DNA of 62,798 nucleotides, counting the filler, from Octopus bimaculoides (lineage: Eukaryota), in assembly GCF_001194135.2 (NCBI RefSeq). It is 5 parts of 5 records of this genome, joined end to end, with 100 filler letters (N's around TTAATTAATTAA, not from the genome) between each part and the next. Parts side by side here need not be neighbours in the genome. Positions count along the whole stretch, not along the records: positions 31,239 to 43,882 come from NC_068996.1; positions 43,983 to 60,356 come from NC_068986.1; 3 more parts are not named here. One strand, written 5' to 3'. How positions within the stretch are numbered: position 1 is the first letter of the stretch; each line of letters begins with the position of its first letter. The position numbers and the translations under genes were made by a program. The notes under the pieces are model-generated. The model ran no database searches and was not told the DNA's origin. It was given only the letters and a program-made list of their open reading frames with translations. Below are positions 39,006 to 53,376 of the stretch, in pieces.

Positions 39006-40954
39006 TATTTTAATGGCTCATGAAAAAATGTTTGCTTTAGATATACGTATTATTATGTATTGCATGAAACAGCTAAATTTTTTTCTCAAACGTTTTGCAT
39101 AGGTTAACCTGTACAAGTTAATGTGTGAAAAACGAAATAGTAATTGTGGAAGAAGTTTCTAAAAAACTAGTCTTTTAAATATCGAATGAATATGGGGGTC
39201 CACAAGAATAAAATAGTAATGAAAGAGGTCCATATATTAAAAAAAAAATGGTTGAGAACCCGTTTTAGATGTATGTATTGGTATGTATTGCAAGAACCAG
39301 CTTGGTTTTTTTTTTCTAACATTTTACATAGTTCAACCTACATAACTTAATGTGTGAACAACAAAATAGGAATTTTGAACGAAGTTTCTATAAAAAATAG
39401 TTTTTAAACATTGAATGGCTATGGGTGGGGTCCACCAGAATGAAATAGTAATCATAGATAAAAAATATGGTTGAGAGACCCCTTGTGTACATCTATAGTT
39501 CGCCCGATCGCTGCAATCGGCTCTACTCTACGCACAATAACAACTCGACTGAAAAGTAAACTTAGTAGGTGGAGTAGTAGAAAGATCAATACATTATTAG
39601 TGAATGAAATGCGAACTCATAAACATCCGACTAAAAAGCCGACACCTTTTTCTTTTGGCCATTACAAACTCCTCTGTAATTAAAATGAATAAATGAAAAA
39701 TGCCAAGAAGACGTGTTTTTGTAAGAAAGCGGTGTCTCTGTAATTACATGGACAAAGCGGATGCTGAAAAGGTTACTTTTTATCTTCTTTTTTGAAAAAG
39801 TTTGCAGGTAGAAAAGCTTTGAAAGAAGAGTAAGTTGGAGTTAGGATACTAACAAATACAAACCACCCACACACGCACAGATATATATATATGTGTGTGT
39901 GTATATAACATATATATATGTGTGTGTGTATATATATATATATGTGTGTGTGTATATATATATATATAACATACTCAGAAAGAAAGTATTTCAAATGATA
40001 GGTTACAATGGTAACACAGGTAAAACGAAATTATACACATATGTATGTAGATATTTCTGCGTGTTGATGCGTGTGTGTGTGTGTGTATATGTATGTATGT
40101 GTGTGTGTGTCTGCATGTATTTATGCATGCATGTATTTATGCATGCATGTATTTATGCATGCATGCATGTATGTGTGAGTGTTGATGCGTGTGTGCATCT
40201 GTGTTATCTACCTATGCAATGTGTGTGTATGTATTACTTTACCTACATGTATATGTGTGCCGTGTATGTATATTTGTATGCTAGAATGTACTAGACAAAC
40301 AAAGACACTCAGACGAACAGATAAGCAGACAGACAGACAGACAGACAGACAGGTTAGGCATTTATCTGCTTCTCCGTATTTCTTGCTTAGGTCGTCGGCA
40401 ACTACATTGGTAATCTAAGACGGAAATCATTGTACAAACCAGTAGGGTGCGTTAACATACCCGCAGGACCAGAAACATAATGTGTAAAAAGAGCAGAGGA
40501 TAACCTATGGACTGCCAACTATTCACTGCGAATTTTCCACCACTAATTGCCGAAGACTCCGTGCTGTTGAACTTGAAATGTGGACGGTCATATCTGTTGC
40601 TTCTAGGGATGTTTCGTCTAATTATACTGCACCTCTTCCTGTGTTACAATTGAACAGGCAGGCTAAGCCTCCTTCTATATTCTCAGTTTGATCAGAGAGT
40701 TCTTGGTGTGCAGTTTTGTCAAAATTGTGTTATTTCAGTGTAACTTCAGAATAGCTTCCACAACAATCTCCATAAGCGCAGTTATTTCTTGGTTAAATTC
40801 ATTGGCAATCAACGTAATACCATTTGCTTGAGTGTGTGGCCATTGCTAGAAATAAAGCGCTTTTCCATCTCCAAGTTCAAGATTCGAACTTTTGCAACGA
40901 AAATAAGCGATACAGGTATATCGCCATATTCATAGATTTATCGCAATACAGATA

Positions 40955-41001
40955 GATAAATAGACAGACAGACAGACAGACAGACAGAAAGATAGACATA
41001 C

Positions 41002-41062
<61 letters not shown>
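40955..41062. repeat. (GACA)n(GATA)n microsatellite
   Basis: Visible. Confidence 0.95.
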
Positions 41063-41063
<1 letters not shown>

Positions 41064-41360
41064 GAAAGGCTCATGGCTTAGTGGTTAGGGTATTCGGATC
41101 ACGATCACAAGGTCGTGTGTTCGATCACTAGCGGTGCGTTGTGTCCTTAAGTAAGACTCTTCATTTCATGTTACTAGAGTCTACTTAGCTGAAAAAAAAA
41201 GACTTCTACTTGTAATTCAAAGAGCCAGCCTTGTCACACTCTGTTAAAGGTATGCTTGTCTGTGGAGTACTCTGCCACTTACATGTTAATTTCACGAGCA
41301 GGTTGTTCGGTTGATTAGATCAACTGAAACGCTCGTCGTCGAAACTGACGGTGTGCCAAT
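41063..41360 (+). mobile_element. tRNA-derived SINE, family D-related, diverged
   Basis: TGGCTTAGTGGTTAG A-box, GTTCGATC B-box; 3' half matches 35570-35750. Confidence 0.8.
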
Positions 41361-41613
41361 AGATATAGGATAAAGAAGGATAGATAGATGGACGGACGGA
41401 CATAGATATGGATAGAGAGATATATAAAAATATACATCCTTGCATACGCACATATCTATCTATATACTCATCAGCCTATTTATCCAATCCTTAATTTCAA
41501 ATTCAAATTTCTAATCGCACCTTTTATATCGTGAGGGTATCTCACCTTCCTATCATCTCATCTTTAGTAGGGACCACATACACATACGCACAGGCATGTA
41601 GATATAAACATAC

Positions 41614-41664
<51 letters not shown>

Positions 41665-42835
41665 TGAGTGTGTGTGTGAGTGTGTGTGTGAGTGTGTGTG
41701 TGAGTGTGCGTGAGTGTATATATAAAATATACATATACATATATATTCGTATATNNNNNNNNNNNNNNNNNNNNNNNNNNNNNNNNNNNNNNNNNNNNNN
41801 NNNNNNNNNNNNNNNNNNNNNNNNNNNNNNNNNNNNNNNNNNNNNNNNNNNNNNNNNNNTATATATATATTCGCACACGTGTGTGCGTTATCTGTCTTTG
41901 CTTGTGCGTGCGTGCTTGCGTGCTTGCGTGCTTGCGTGCGTGTGTGTGTGTGTATGTGTGTGTGTGTGCTAGTGTTTGCATTCGTAAAGTCATACAAGTG
42001 CATGCACTACTTTCTACCTTACTGCCACAAAAGAATAAAAACTATCTAATTACTTAAGATTACTTACAAAACATGTGCCAGCGATAAAAGAACTAAAATT
42101 AATCAACATATAACGTGCAACAGATAAACACATACATACAACTTTGTTTTATTGTTGTTGTTGCTGTTGTTGGTGGTGTTTTATTGTTTGTCTTTTATCT
42201 TTGTTTTTATCTTTTCTTTTTTTCTCCTTTTTAAATCTTCGCTCTTTTTACGTATAATGTCCCTTTGTTGTCCTCTTTACGTTGTCTTACAAACCGTATT
42301 CATGAAGGTATCGTTGATATTACTAGCTATCGGATTAGCGGACTAATTTAATGTGTTAACCCACAGCTCTTCGACAGCTTAAATGATGATATAATTACAA
42401 TTTTATCATCTCTAATGGCAATGTCTGAATCAAGCTTTCATGTATGAAAGCGCTAGAGGTTGTGAAACATGTCATCTCTTTCAATTGTGTTTTTCTCTTC
42501 GATCTGAGAAATACATTCTTGATCTTTAATGATTTTTGCTATAAAGCTTTCAAAACTACTTTTAGTAATAGATACTCATTTGAATCAATCTCGTAAGCAC
42601 ATGGTGTTTTAATAGATATCGTGGCGTTAACCTAAGTTTACTGAATTCAAGATTTTGTACGGTTGTGGTGCCTTGTAATATATAAAATACTAATTTTATA
42701 ACCCGATTTTATTCGGATCTATTCGGGTCACATTTTAAAGATGAGGAATTTTTTTCCCTAGAGGCCATGCCTTTTAATTGAGCAAGCACAAAGTTGCCAT
42801 GCAAACTCCCAAGTACTTTTAACATAAGTGTGCAA

Positions 42836-42960
42836 ATTGAGGTCGACTTTTCCTTTCATCCCTTCGGGGTCGATAAATTAAGTACCAGTTGCGTACTGGG
42901 GTTGATCTAATCGACTGGCCTCCTCCCCCCAAATTTCTGGCCTTGTGCTTTAAGTAGAAA
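42836..42960 (+). mobile_element. SINE family A, 5'-truncated
   Basis: Core plus CCAAATTTCTGGCCTTGTGC tail. Confidence 0.85.
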
Positions 42961-42980
42961 AAATTATAAGATGCTTTCTT

Positions 42981-43200
42981 AGGCGGCGAGCTGGCGAGCC
43001 GGGCGAAATGCTTAGCGGTATTTCGTCTGCTGTGACGTTCTGAGTTCAAATTCCGCCGAGGTCGACTTTGCCTTTCATCCTTTCGGGGTCGATAAATTAA
43101 GTACCAGTTACGCACTGGGGTCGATCTAATCGACTTAATCCGTTCGTCTGTTCTTGTTTGTTCCCTCTATGTTTAGTCCCTTGTGGGCAATAACGAAATA
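42981..43200 (+). mobile_element. SINE family A variant with a LINE-like 3' tail
   Basis: Head and core as family A, but it ends GTTCCCTCTATGTTTAGTCCCTTGTGGGCAATAACGAAATA, similar to the L1/Tx1-like tail. Confidence 0.85.
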
Positions 43201-43264
43201 GGTATTTCGTTTCCGTGAGTTTTGTTGGTTACGCGTCGCACATGTGTGACTACGTATAGAGATA

Positions 43265-43882
43265 ATGGAAGTGAACGATAACGTGGTTAAAATACAACCA
43301 CCGGAGCAATTAATACAAGAAGAAAAACAGAAGACAATAATATTTAAAACTTACTGTCTACAAAAAAGAAAAATCGATAGACTTACAGAAGGGAAGATAG
43401 AAAAGTGCTTGAAGCAAATATGGAACGACGTAGTTTATCTGACAAGGTTCGCCAACAAGAAAATGGCACAAAAGCATTCCGTAGAAACCCTGAAAATGGA
43501 TGACGTGGCACTCATCCCCACCTATATGGGGATGAGAACGTCCAGAATTAAAATAACAAGGGTCCCACCGGAAGTGGATCCTATGTGGGTGGTGGAGGCA
43601 GTCCTAATCAAAGAGGAAGAGAAAATTACCCTCCTCCAGGTTGCCGTTACCGAAAACGCTAACTGGACTGGCCAAACAGTTAGTCTCCTTATCCAGGCTG
43701 ACCCCAAAATAATTGAAGCAATTCCCGAGACAATTCAGATAGGGGAGGAGAACCACGTGGTGTTTGTTGAGGGTCGAAAACCCCGGTGTTTTTTGTGCGG
43801 CCAATTAGGCCACATTCGAAGGAACTGCAAGGAAAATGAGGAAGACGAGAAAGAAGAAAAAGAGGAAGAAGAAGAAAAAGAC
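43265..43882 (+). mobile_element. L1/Tx1-like ORF1 (gag-like, CCHC zinc knuckle), intact up to an assembly gap
   Basis: 206 open codons from ATG, with CFLCGQLGHIRRNC (C-x2-C-x4-H-x4-C) followed by an acidic low-complexity stretch; short 5' UTR at 43211-43264. Confidence 0.8.
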
Positions 43883-43982
43883 NNNNNNNNNNNNNNNNNN
43901 NNNNNNNNNNNNNNNNNNNNNNNNNNTTAATTAATTAANNNNNNNNNNNNNNNNNNNNNNNNNNNNNNNNNNNNNNNNNNNN
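43883..43982. other. Assembly join with TTAATTAATTAA linker
   Basis: 44 N + linker 43927-43938 + 44 N. Confidence 0.95.
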
Positions 43983-44028
<46 letters not shown>

Positions 44029-44614
44029 GCACACACACACACACACACGCACACATATATGCCGCCTTGTGCGGTGCATGTATGGTGGGTGTCCGTTCTA
44101 CAATTCCTATTAGTTTCAATTTCTTCAAGGGTTTACTATACAGGAGTAGCAGCTTTCTTTTTGACATAGGAATTTTTCAAAGGAATGATATGTAGCACAA
44201 TCATTAGTTCAAGCTATGTACTCTCGGCTTGCAAGTTTTCTATCTCTTAAACTATAATTCAGTCATCGACATCTGACGTATTCGCTCATTATCTTTAGAA
44301 GCTTGACGAAATGCTTGAAGAAAATCGTAAAATAATACTTCAAAAAGAAAAGCGCTTTGATCCCAAATTTTTGAATTCAAAACACTTGGGCAACAAACAA
44401 GCAGATATATTGCAGTATTGAAGTATTTCTCCCAAAGCTATCTCATCAAAATCGTCTATAGTCTCTATTCTATGATTATATAATGATGAAACAATTAAGA
44501 AACTGAAGGAGACGGACTTACGAAAAACAAAGCATCAATATAAATATAAACGATAGATTGATACCTTAGTGATAAAAATCGGAATGTATAATATGTGTAT
44601 GGATGTATTGTATG

Positions 44615-44647
<33 letters not shown>

Positions 44648-45089
44648 GTATGTATGCCTAAATATATATATATATATATATATATNNNNNNNNNNNNNNN
44701 NNNNNNNNNNNNNNNNNNNNNNNNNNNNNNNNNNNNNNNNNNNNNNNNNNNNNNNNNNNNNNNNNNNNNNNNNNNNNNNNNNNNNNNNNNNNNNNNNNNN
44801 NNNNNNNNNNNNNNNNNNNNNNNNNNNNNNNNNNNNNNNNNNNNNNNNNNNNNNNNNNNNNNNNNNNNNNNNNNNNNNNNNNNNNNNNNNNNNNNNNNNN
44901 NNNNNNNNNNNNNNNNNNNNNNNNNNNNNNNNNNNNNNNNNNNNNNNNNNNNNNNNNNNNNNNNNNNNNNNNNNNNNNNNNNNNNNNNNNNNNNNNNNNN
45001 NNNNNNNNNNNNNNNNNNNNNNNNNNNNNNNNNNNNNNNNNNNNNNNNNNNNNNNNNNNNNAGAGAGATAGGTAGATAAATAGATACAC

Positions 45090-45121
<32 letters not shown>

Positions 45122-45738
45122 TCACATGTACGCATGTATATGTATGTGTACATATATACGTATATGTGTATTTATATACATACATATATCCATAAGTATA
45201 TTTGTACATATACGTGTATGTGCGTATATCGTTCATACACATGACGCGCATACTGCATACGTAAAGACCGAGACATTAAATAGAATATAGATGATAACTC
45301 AAGAACCTATTCATATATTCTCATTAACGAAGGTTGAAATACATTTTCTTTCTCATGCTAGTTGGATATTACAACAGCTATACTTCATTTTATTACCTTT
45401 CTGTCTTTAATCCATGATTCGATATTTTCATTCCTCTTCACCAATTGGTAAGTTCTAGTTTTGTCCTACATTCAATCCAAGGACAGTATTTCTAATGCCC
45501 TTTTGGAAAAACCTTACCAACTTTATCGCTTTATTTTAGTGGAATGTCAACAATCAAAGACTTCTATGTAGCTCTGTATAGGAAAAGATGAGTTGTCGGT
45601 TGTTGTAGGCATAAAGGAGACAATAATGGCGTATCAAAAGGAAACATACGTTAGACTTAGCTGCATGAGAACGAGTCAGAGGTGAGCGGTGACGTTCAAA
45701 TACATAGGATATTGCTGAGAACACAGTATTTGCATGCG

Positions 45739-45793
<55 letters not shown>

Positions 45794-45899
45794 CACACTC
45801 ACACACACAAACACACACAAACACGCACACACAAATGTATATATAAATGTATATGTATATATATTCACACAAAAAATATATCTTAAATATATGTATAAC

Positions 45900-45934
<35 letters not shown>

Positions 45935-47460
45935 ACACATACATATGCACATATATACAATCGCGTGTGTGTATATAAATGTATATACACACACATATAC
46001 ATATGTATAGATATATATATNNNNNNNNNNNNNNNNNNNNNNNNNNNNNNNNNNNNNNNNNNNNNNNNNNNNNNNNNNNNNNNNNNNNNNNNNNNNNNNN
46101 NNNNNNNNNNNNNNNNNNNNNNNNNNNNNNNNNNNNNNNNNNNNNNNNNNNNNNNNNNNNNNNNNNNNNNNNNNNNNNNNNNNNNNACAAGTATATATAT
46201 AAATTGTATATATAAATATATATAAAAATTTTACATATTAACTTTATTTTTATATCTATATCTATGCATATATGTATATATGCGTGTGTGTATGTATGTG
46301 TGTTGTGTATGCGTGTTTGTATTTATGCATATGCGTATATGTGTGCGTGCGTGTGTATGTGTGCGTGGTTGTACAAAATTTCTACTATACACTTCTCTCA
46401 TTCTCTTTATCTACCCTTTTCTTTTCATTTTTTAACCTTTATTATCTTACCTTTGCTTTCTTCCTTGTCATTCTACACATCTATTGGCTGTACCTCTCCT
46501 TACTGTATCCTTTTATATATTAATGTATGTAATTCGCCAGCTCTTTACGACTCTCTCACACCCCACCTCTCTCTTACTGTAACTATATTTCGTCCTCTCT
46601 CCCGCTTCACCTCTTTCTCATTTCTTTTCTCACTCTCTTCCCTTTCCTTAGACCATGAATCTATTCATATTTTCCTCTTCTATAATATCGTACTTATTCA
46701 AATTTCGCTTTACAGCACTAACACTTTCTCAACAACACAGCCGCAGCCTCAAGGCCAGCATTTGCCGCTCGGATCTTCAACGTAGTTTTTCAAGTTGCTA
46801 GAAATAGAAGCCAAATTTCTTGAAAACAAATAGTAATCATTTTTTTTTATACTTAAAAGGGAAAATAACTTGAGCTAATGTGGTCCTAAATATATTAAAA
46901 CAGTCGCAACCGTCCCGGCTATATACGCCTGTGACCGTAAAGCAGCTCTAAAAGAAAGTCAATGGAATGTCTTTGATATTAGAACTGCTTACTCAAGGTT
47001 GACTTCTTGGTGATAAGAAAAAAAAGGAGGAAAAAAACATTATCCCTACACCTCGTTTCCCCTCTAGATCCTTTACATCTATATTCAGTATCCGCGTCTA
47101 ACTTCCATGTATTTCTTAGATAAGTAGCAGTGTCTTTTACTTTTTTTATTTTTGGAACTGAGGGAGAAAGACATCTTTCTCGGTGTTAAAGACGATAACT
47201 TTAACAACATAGGGAATATTTTCTTACATTACTGCCACACGTTAGCTCAGTTTGTACAAAAAGCAATTAAATGGGCCACCAATCACATCCGGCTGTCATT
47301 AACTAATGTGGTTTTAGATGCACACTGCCTGAAAAACAAAACAGCAGATGATTATAGATGGAAGGCATTTAATCAAATGTCAATGCGATCAGGAGTAGTC
47401 TGAAGCCAAATAACTAACTAAAAAAGGGAAAAGAAAACTGAAAAATCCATACATGCATGC

Positions 47461-47612
47461 ATGCATGGCTATGCCATTAGGAAGTTTGCATTGCAGTCAT
47501 ATGGTTACGGGTTTATTGACACTGCGCGACACGTTGGGTAAATATATACATTAGTCTCATGCCGATCATTGCATTGTAAGTGAATTTGTTAGAACGAAAC
47601 TGTGTGGAAACC
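47461..47612 (+). mobile_element. Old SINE family B head
   Basis: ATGGTTACGGGTTTA...CACGTTGGGTAAAT...GTGAATTTGTTAGAACGAAACTG. Confidence 0.6.
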
Positions 47613-47639
47613 CAACAAATATAGTCTTTTAAATTATTT

Positions 47640-47860
47640 TTACTTGTTACAGACATTTGACTGCGGCCATGTGGAAGAACCGCCTTAAAAAGTTTTTAGT
47701 CGAAGAGATCGACCTCATGACTTATTCTTTGTAAGCTTAGAACTTATTCTATCCGTCTCTTTTGCTGAACGGCTAAGTTGTAGGGACATAAACGCACCAA
47801 CAACGGTTGTCAAGCGGGGTAGGGGCAAATACCGACACACAAATGCACATAAATACACAC
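47640..47860 (-). mobile_element. SINE family B, 3' part
   Basis: ATTTGACTGCGGCCATG...GACTTATTCTTTGTAAGC...CGGTTGTCAAGCG. Confidence 0.85.
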
Positions 47861-47880
47861 ACTCTCACACGCAGAGATAA

Positions 47881-47934
<54 letters not shown>

Positions 47935-48403
47935 GTATACTTAATCATATCAAATGGAAATGGAAATTAATAAAATGTTCACCTCCAAGTGGCCTTAGCG
48001 TATTGAATATATATATATATANNNNNNNNNNNNNNNNNNNNNNNNNNNNNNNNNNNNNNNNNNNNNNNNNNNNNNNNNNNNNNNNNNNNNNNNNNNNNNN
48101 NNNNNNNNNNNNNNNNNNNNNNNNNNNNNNNNNNNNNNNNNNNNNNNNNNNNNNNNNNNNNNNNNNNNNNNNNNNNNNNNNNNNNNNNNNNNNNNNNNNN
48201 NNNNNNNNNNNNNNNNNNNNNNNNNNCGACGAGGTTTCAACATGACTGCATTCCAATGATTGAAACATAGATTATAACGATAAAGGAAACATCCGCCATG
48301 AGTCTCTCTTCAGTTTCCCCTGTTCAATATAAGTGATACAAGGACGAGTGATCCATAACAAGGCCTGAAAATTTGAACTTCATAAACAGAAACTACAAAT
48401 AAC

Positions 48404-48512
<109 letters not shown>

Positions 48513-49163
48513 TTATCATTAGCGCCAGCAGCATAGTAGCAGCAGTAATAGCAATAACAAAATAACAATAACAACGGGCAGCTTGAATGTTTCACCTTGA
48601 GAAGAAAGTTTCAGGATTCATATTCTCGTCAGATTATACTGGTGTAGGAAATAATAACACTCATTGTAATTAGGGATATTACTGATAATGAGGTGAAAAC
48701 TTCGTATTGAACTTCCATTCTATACGATATCACTATATGTACATCTCAGTCTACTTGACTTCCAATAATCAACAATTGTAGTTTGAAGTCGAATGGTTTG
48801 CAGTAAGAAAGATGTCCAGATTTCTTTAAAAATATTAGTGTAAAATATGAGGAAAAGTATTTTTTCCACAACAAAACACACACAGAGTTGCCTCCCTAAG
48901 ATAAAGACCTAAAAATTGTGCGACCTCCACCATCTTAGTTCGAGTTTATTTTTGTAGTAAAAAACACTTTATTTGAATGCCAAAAGATTACTCAATCTTT
49001 TGATACCCATACGTCAAAATCGGCAACTCAGTTTTCGAATCCATAAGGAATATACTGGCGCAGGCACGCACACACATATATATATATACATATACAGACA
49101 TGTGTATATATGAATATATATATGTATACATGTATACATATATATACATATATATATATATAC

Positions 49164-49227
<64 letters not shown>

Positions 49228-49894
49228 ATATATACGTACAGACATATACATATATATGTATTCAGACACACAAACACACATTTATATGTGTGTGTGTATG
49301 TATGTATGCATGTATGCATGCATGCGCGTACGTGTCTGCGTAGTTCTCGAGTAGCTAGATTAGATAAATAATTTAGTGCAGGATTTCAAAGGAAATCACA
49401 GTAAGATTTATGGGTGCAGCCCTTAGTTACGACGGCTTATTAAAACGTTATTATTTGGATAATCTGAACAGATTATCGCCTAACGGACGCAAGGTAATTT
49501 ATTATATGAATGATAATAGGGCATATGTCATCGAAAGACACTAAAGATATGCAGTGGTATCAAAGAGAATGTGGCAAATATATGCGTTATGATAAAGAAT
49601 GAGAATTAATTATAAAGAGAAGAAAATATGCGAAACGCGAAGTTGACGATTTGAAATTAGATTTAATATATATGTGTGTGCATGAGTATATATATACAGA
49701 TACACGTATATAGATGCAAGCATACATACATCTTGATATATATATAAAAGTATGTGTACATCAGGACAGACAACTGGTGAGATTAATGCATAAATTCAAG
49801 AAATGGATATTGAAATATGCTGTTATGTAAAGTACGCGGATACAAACATAGACAGAGATACACATAGATGAATGTATGTATATATGTGGATGTA

Positions 49895-49960
<66 letters not shown>

Positions 49961-50282
49961 TGTGTGTGTATTGCATGCATACTTATATGTATGCATGCAA
50001 CAATGTATATGTATGATGTATGCCTGTAGGAATGTATATATATATGTGTGAGTATGTGTATATGTGAATGTGTGTGTGTATATATCTGTATGTATGTATA
50101 TATATNNNNNNNNNNNNNNNNNNNNNNNNNNNNNNNNNNNNNNNNNNNNNNNNNNNNNNNNNNNNNNNNNNNNNNNNNNNNNNNNNNNNNNNNNNNNNNN
50201 NNNNNNNNNNNNNNNNNNNNNNNNNNNNNNNNNNNNNNNNNNNNNNNNNNNNNAATATATATATATATATACACATTCTTTT

Positions 50283-50510
50283 CTTCTTTGACTTGTTTCA
50301 GTCATTTAACTGCGACCATGCAGGAGCACCGCCTTTAGTCGAACAACTCGACCCCAGGACTTATTCTTTGTAAGCCTAGTACTTATTCTCTCGGCCCTTT
50401 TGCCGAACCGCTTGGTTACGGGGACGTAAACACACCAACATCGATGTCAACCGAAGGTTGGGGGACAAGCATAGACACACAAATACATACACACACACAC
50501 ACACACACAG

Positions 50511-50550
<40 letters not shown>

Positions 50551-50613
50551 GGGACTGAACTTGGAACCATGTAGGTGGGAAGCACGCTTCTTACCACTCA
50601 GCCACTCCTGCGC
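50283..50613 (-). mobile_element. SINE family B with internal (CA)/(TA) array
   Basis: 3' part at 50283-50480, microsatellite, head at 50551-50613 (GGGACTGAACTTGGAACCATG). Confidence 0.85.
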
Positions 50614-50677
50614 CATGCATACATAAACGTATATATATACATGTACATACTTACACTCACGCATATGTGTGCATAAA

Positions 50678-50760
<83 letters not shown>

Positions 50761-50919
50761 TGTGTATACTAAAATTATATATATATAATACCAAACAGAT
50801 ATATACATATATATATGTATGTATGTATGTATGTATTTATCCATTTAATATTAACTGTTGAAATGTTTATGTAAGAGTGTGAATCTACGAGTTCATGAGA
50901 GTGTTTGCGTGTGTACGTG

Positions 50920-50969
<50 letters not shown>

Positions 50970-51162
50970 GGTGTTTTTGCGTGTATCAAAAGAGAGCGGA
51001 AGATGTTATAATTAATGGGTGTGCAAATCAATGACACAATGAAACAATGAAACAAATGCAACGACTAAACGCACACACACACACACGAGGACACACACAA
51101 TTACTTGCTATAAACACACACATATATGTACATATATATGAATTTATATATATATTCATACA

Positions 51163-51225
<63 letters not shown>

Positions 51226-51784
51226 ACGTATGTGTGTATGTGTGTGTGTGGTTGTGTGTGTGTGGAATGTGTTTATGCATGCAAGAAAGTATATATGTAT
51301 ATGCACCATATATTCGTTAATAGCCTATACATCTGTCTGATAACCTGCTCTGTGCATTTCGTAATGACGGAGGTAAAGACAAAAGAGGAATATATATGGC
51401 TAACGAGATAATGTGTGTGATAGATTGAAGATGAATGGAACGACAAAATTTCAGCTGTCCTCCTGAGCAGTGACGGTACAAATGACGTATCTGAAATCCT
51501 CTCCTTCATGTTATATTGTATCATTTAGTTACTGCTGGCACCGAATCACGGCTGTATGTTGGAGGAGAATTATATACCAGTTTGGTAATCTGCAGTGCTA
51601 AGATCTGTTTGTCTTGTACACTTATGAACATAGAATAAATTCGCGTCTACAATTACTGTTTAAGTTCATTCTTTACTTGGACATACTTAACAGAGGATCC
51701 TCTATACACGGTAAACCAAAAGTCACGCACCAAATCGTATCACATTTTACTTATATTACGTTACTATCATTATCCTTCATTTCA

Positions 51785-51995
51785 AGGTGGCGAGCCGGAA
51801 GAGTCGCTAGCACGCTTGACGACATGTTTAGCGGTATTTCGCCCGTCACTACGTTCTAAATTCAAATTTCACCGAGGTCGACTTTACCTTTTATCCTTTT
51901 GTGGGGTCAATAAAAATAAGTACCAGTTGTAAACTAGGGCCGATGTAATCGACTCATTCCCTCCTCCAAAATTGCTGCCCTTGTGGAAAAATTTG
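51785..51995 (+). mobile_element. SINE family A
   Basis: Head, core and AAATTTGAAACC tail. Confidence 0.85.
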
Positions 51996-52025
51996 AAACC
52001 ATTATCATTACCATTCATTTCATTG

Positions 52026-52222
52026 AAGGCGGTGAGGTGGGTGAAACGTTAGCCTGAAAATCAAAATGCTTAGCATCATTTTGATCGTCTTCGTGTTCTG
52101 AGTTCAAATTCCGCATTTCATCCCTTCGGGGTCGATAAATTAAGTACCAGTTCAGTACTGGGGTTGAAGTAATCGACTTAACCCGTTATCCAAATTTCAG
52201 GCCTTGTGCATTTAGTAGAAAT
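52026..52222 (+). mobile_element. SINE family A
   Basis: Head, core and CAAATTTCAGGCCTTGTGC tail. Confidence 0.85.
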
Positions 52223-52319
52223 TTGCTATTATTAATTTTGTTTAACAAGTAAAAGTACGTGCGTAATCAACATTATTTAATTTCTTTTAGGAAAGTTATT
52301 TTGGAAATATGAGAGACAC

Positions 52320-52477
52320 GAGTGTGTGGTAAGAAGCTTGCTTCCCAACTGCATGGTTCCGGGTTCAGTCCCATTTTGTAGCACTTTGGACAATTTTCTT
52401 CTACTATAGCCTCGGGCCGACCAAAGCCCAGTGAGTAGATTTGGTAGACGGAAACTGAAGGAAGCCTGTCGTATGTT

Positions 52478-52538
<61 letters not shown>

Positions 52539-52800
52539 TTATTTGTGTATGCGTGTGTGTGTGCCCGCGCATGTGTGTCTTTGTGTATGTGCATGACGTC
52601 CACCACCGCTTGGCAAGAGGTTTTTGTATATTTACCTCCCAGTAACATATCGGTCCGGTAAAAGAGATCGGTAGAACAAGTAGCAGGCTTTAAAACAAGA
52701 AAAAGAGCTGGGGTCTATTCATTCAACTAAGACATCTTCAGTACAGTGATTCAGTGCCCCAGTATGGCTGCAGTACAATGACTGAAAGAACTAAAAGATA
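52320..52800 (+). mobile_element. Full-length SINE family B with internal (TA)n(GT)n
   Basis: Head, microsatellite and 3' part are contiguous. Confidence 0.88.
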
Positions 52801-53376
52801 ATATGAGAAAAAAAACTAAGTAATTTTAAGTTTAATTTTCGCATTATTATTTTTTTTTTTTTTTGTATGGAAATTAGTAATTATCAAAAGGACATTTATG
52901 AAGTCCTTATGATTAAATTTCTTTTGGATAACTTCTTAATTCATCGTTCATTTAATTTCTACAATAATAATGTTATTATGATAATATTTTTTAAGAAAGT
53001 TTCTTCCTAATATAATCCTCGTAATTTTTAATTATTAATCTTTGGTTTTTAGTAATGATTATCATAAATTATTAATGCAATGTAATTTTCAATATTATTT
53101 GTTATTTGACTAGAGAGGATAAAGTATTTTTAATATATCATTTTGCTATTTACCCATAGATACTGGGTAAATAGAATTGTTATTAAAATAACATGTATTT
53201 TTTAATAATATGAAAGAATGAATGGGATAGTTCTTATTTTGCCATCGTTCTTTTTTTAATATTTTATAAATATTTTAAGAAAATATTGATCTTGGTATTT
53301 AAAAAAGACTAATTCGTGAAGATATATTTAGATTAAAATACTAAACAGTATACAATTATATTTTATGATCGTTTTA

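Larger units (their letters stand above)
37771..39485. mobile_element. hAT-type non-autonomous element with a duplicated 3' end and nested insertions
   Basis: Left CAGTGGTTCTCAACC; right GGTTGAGA.. ends at about 39250 and 39469; TGTACAT(C) duplicated at 37764 and 39486. Confidence 0.7.
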
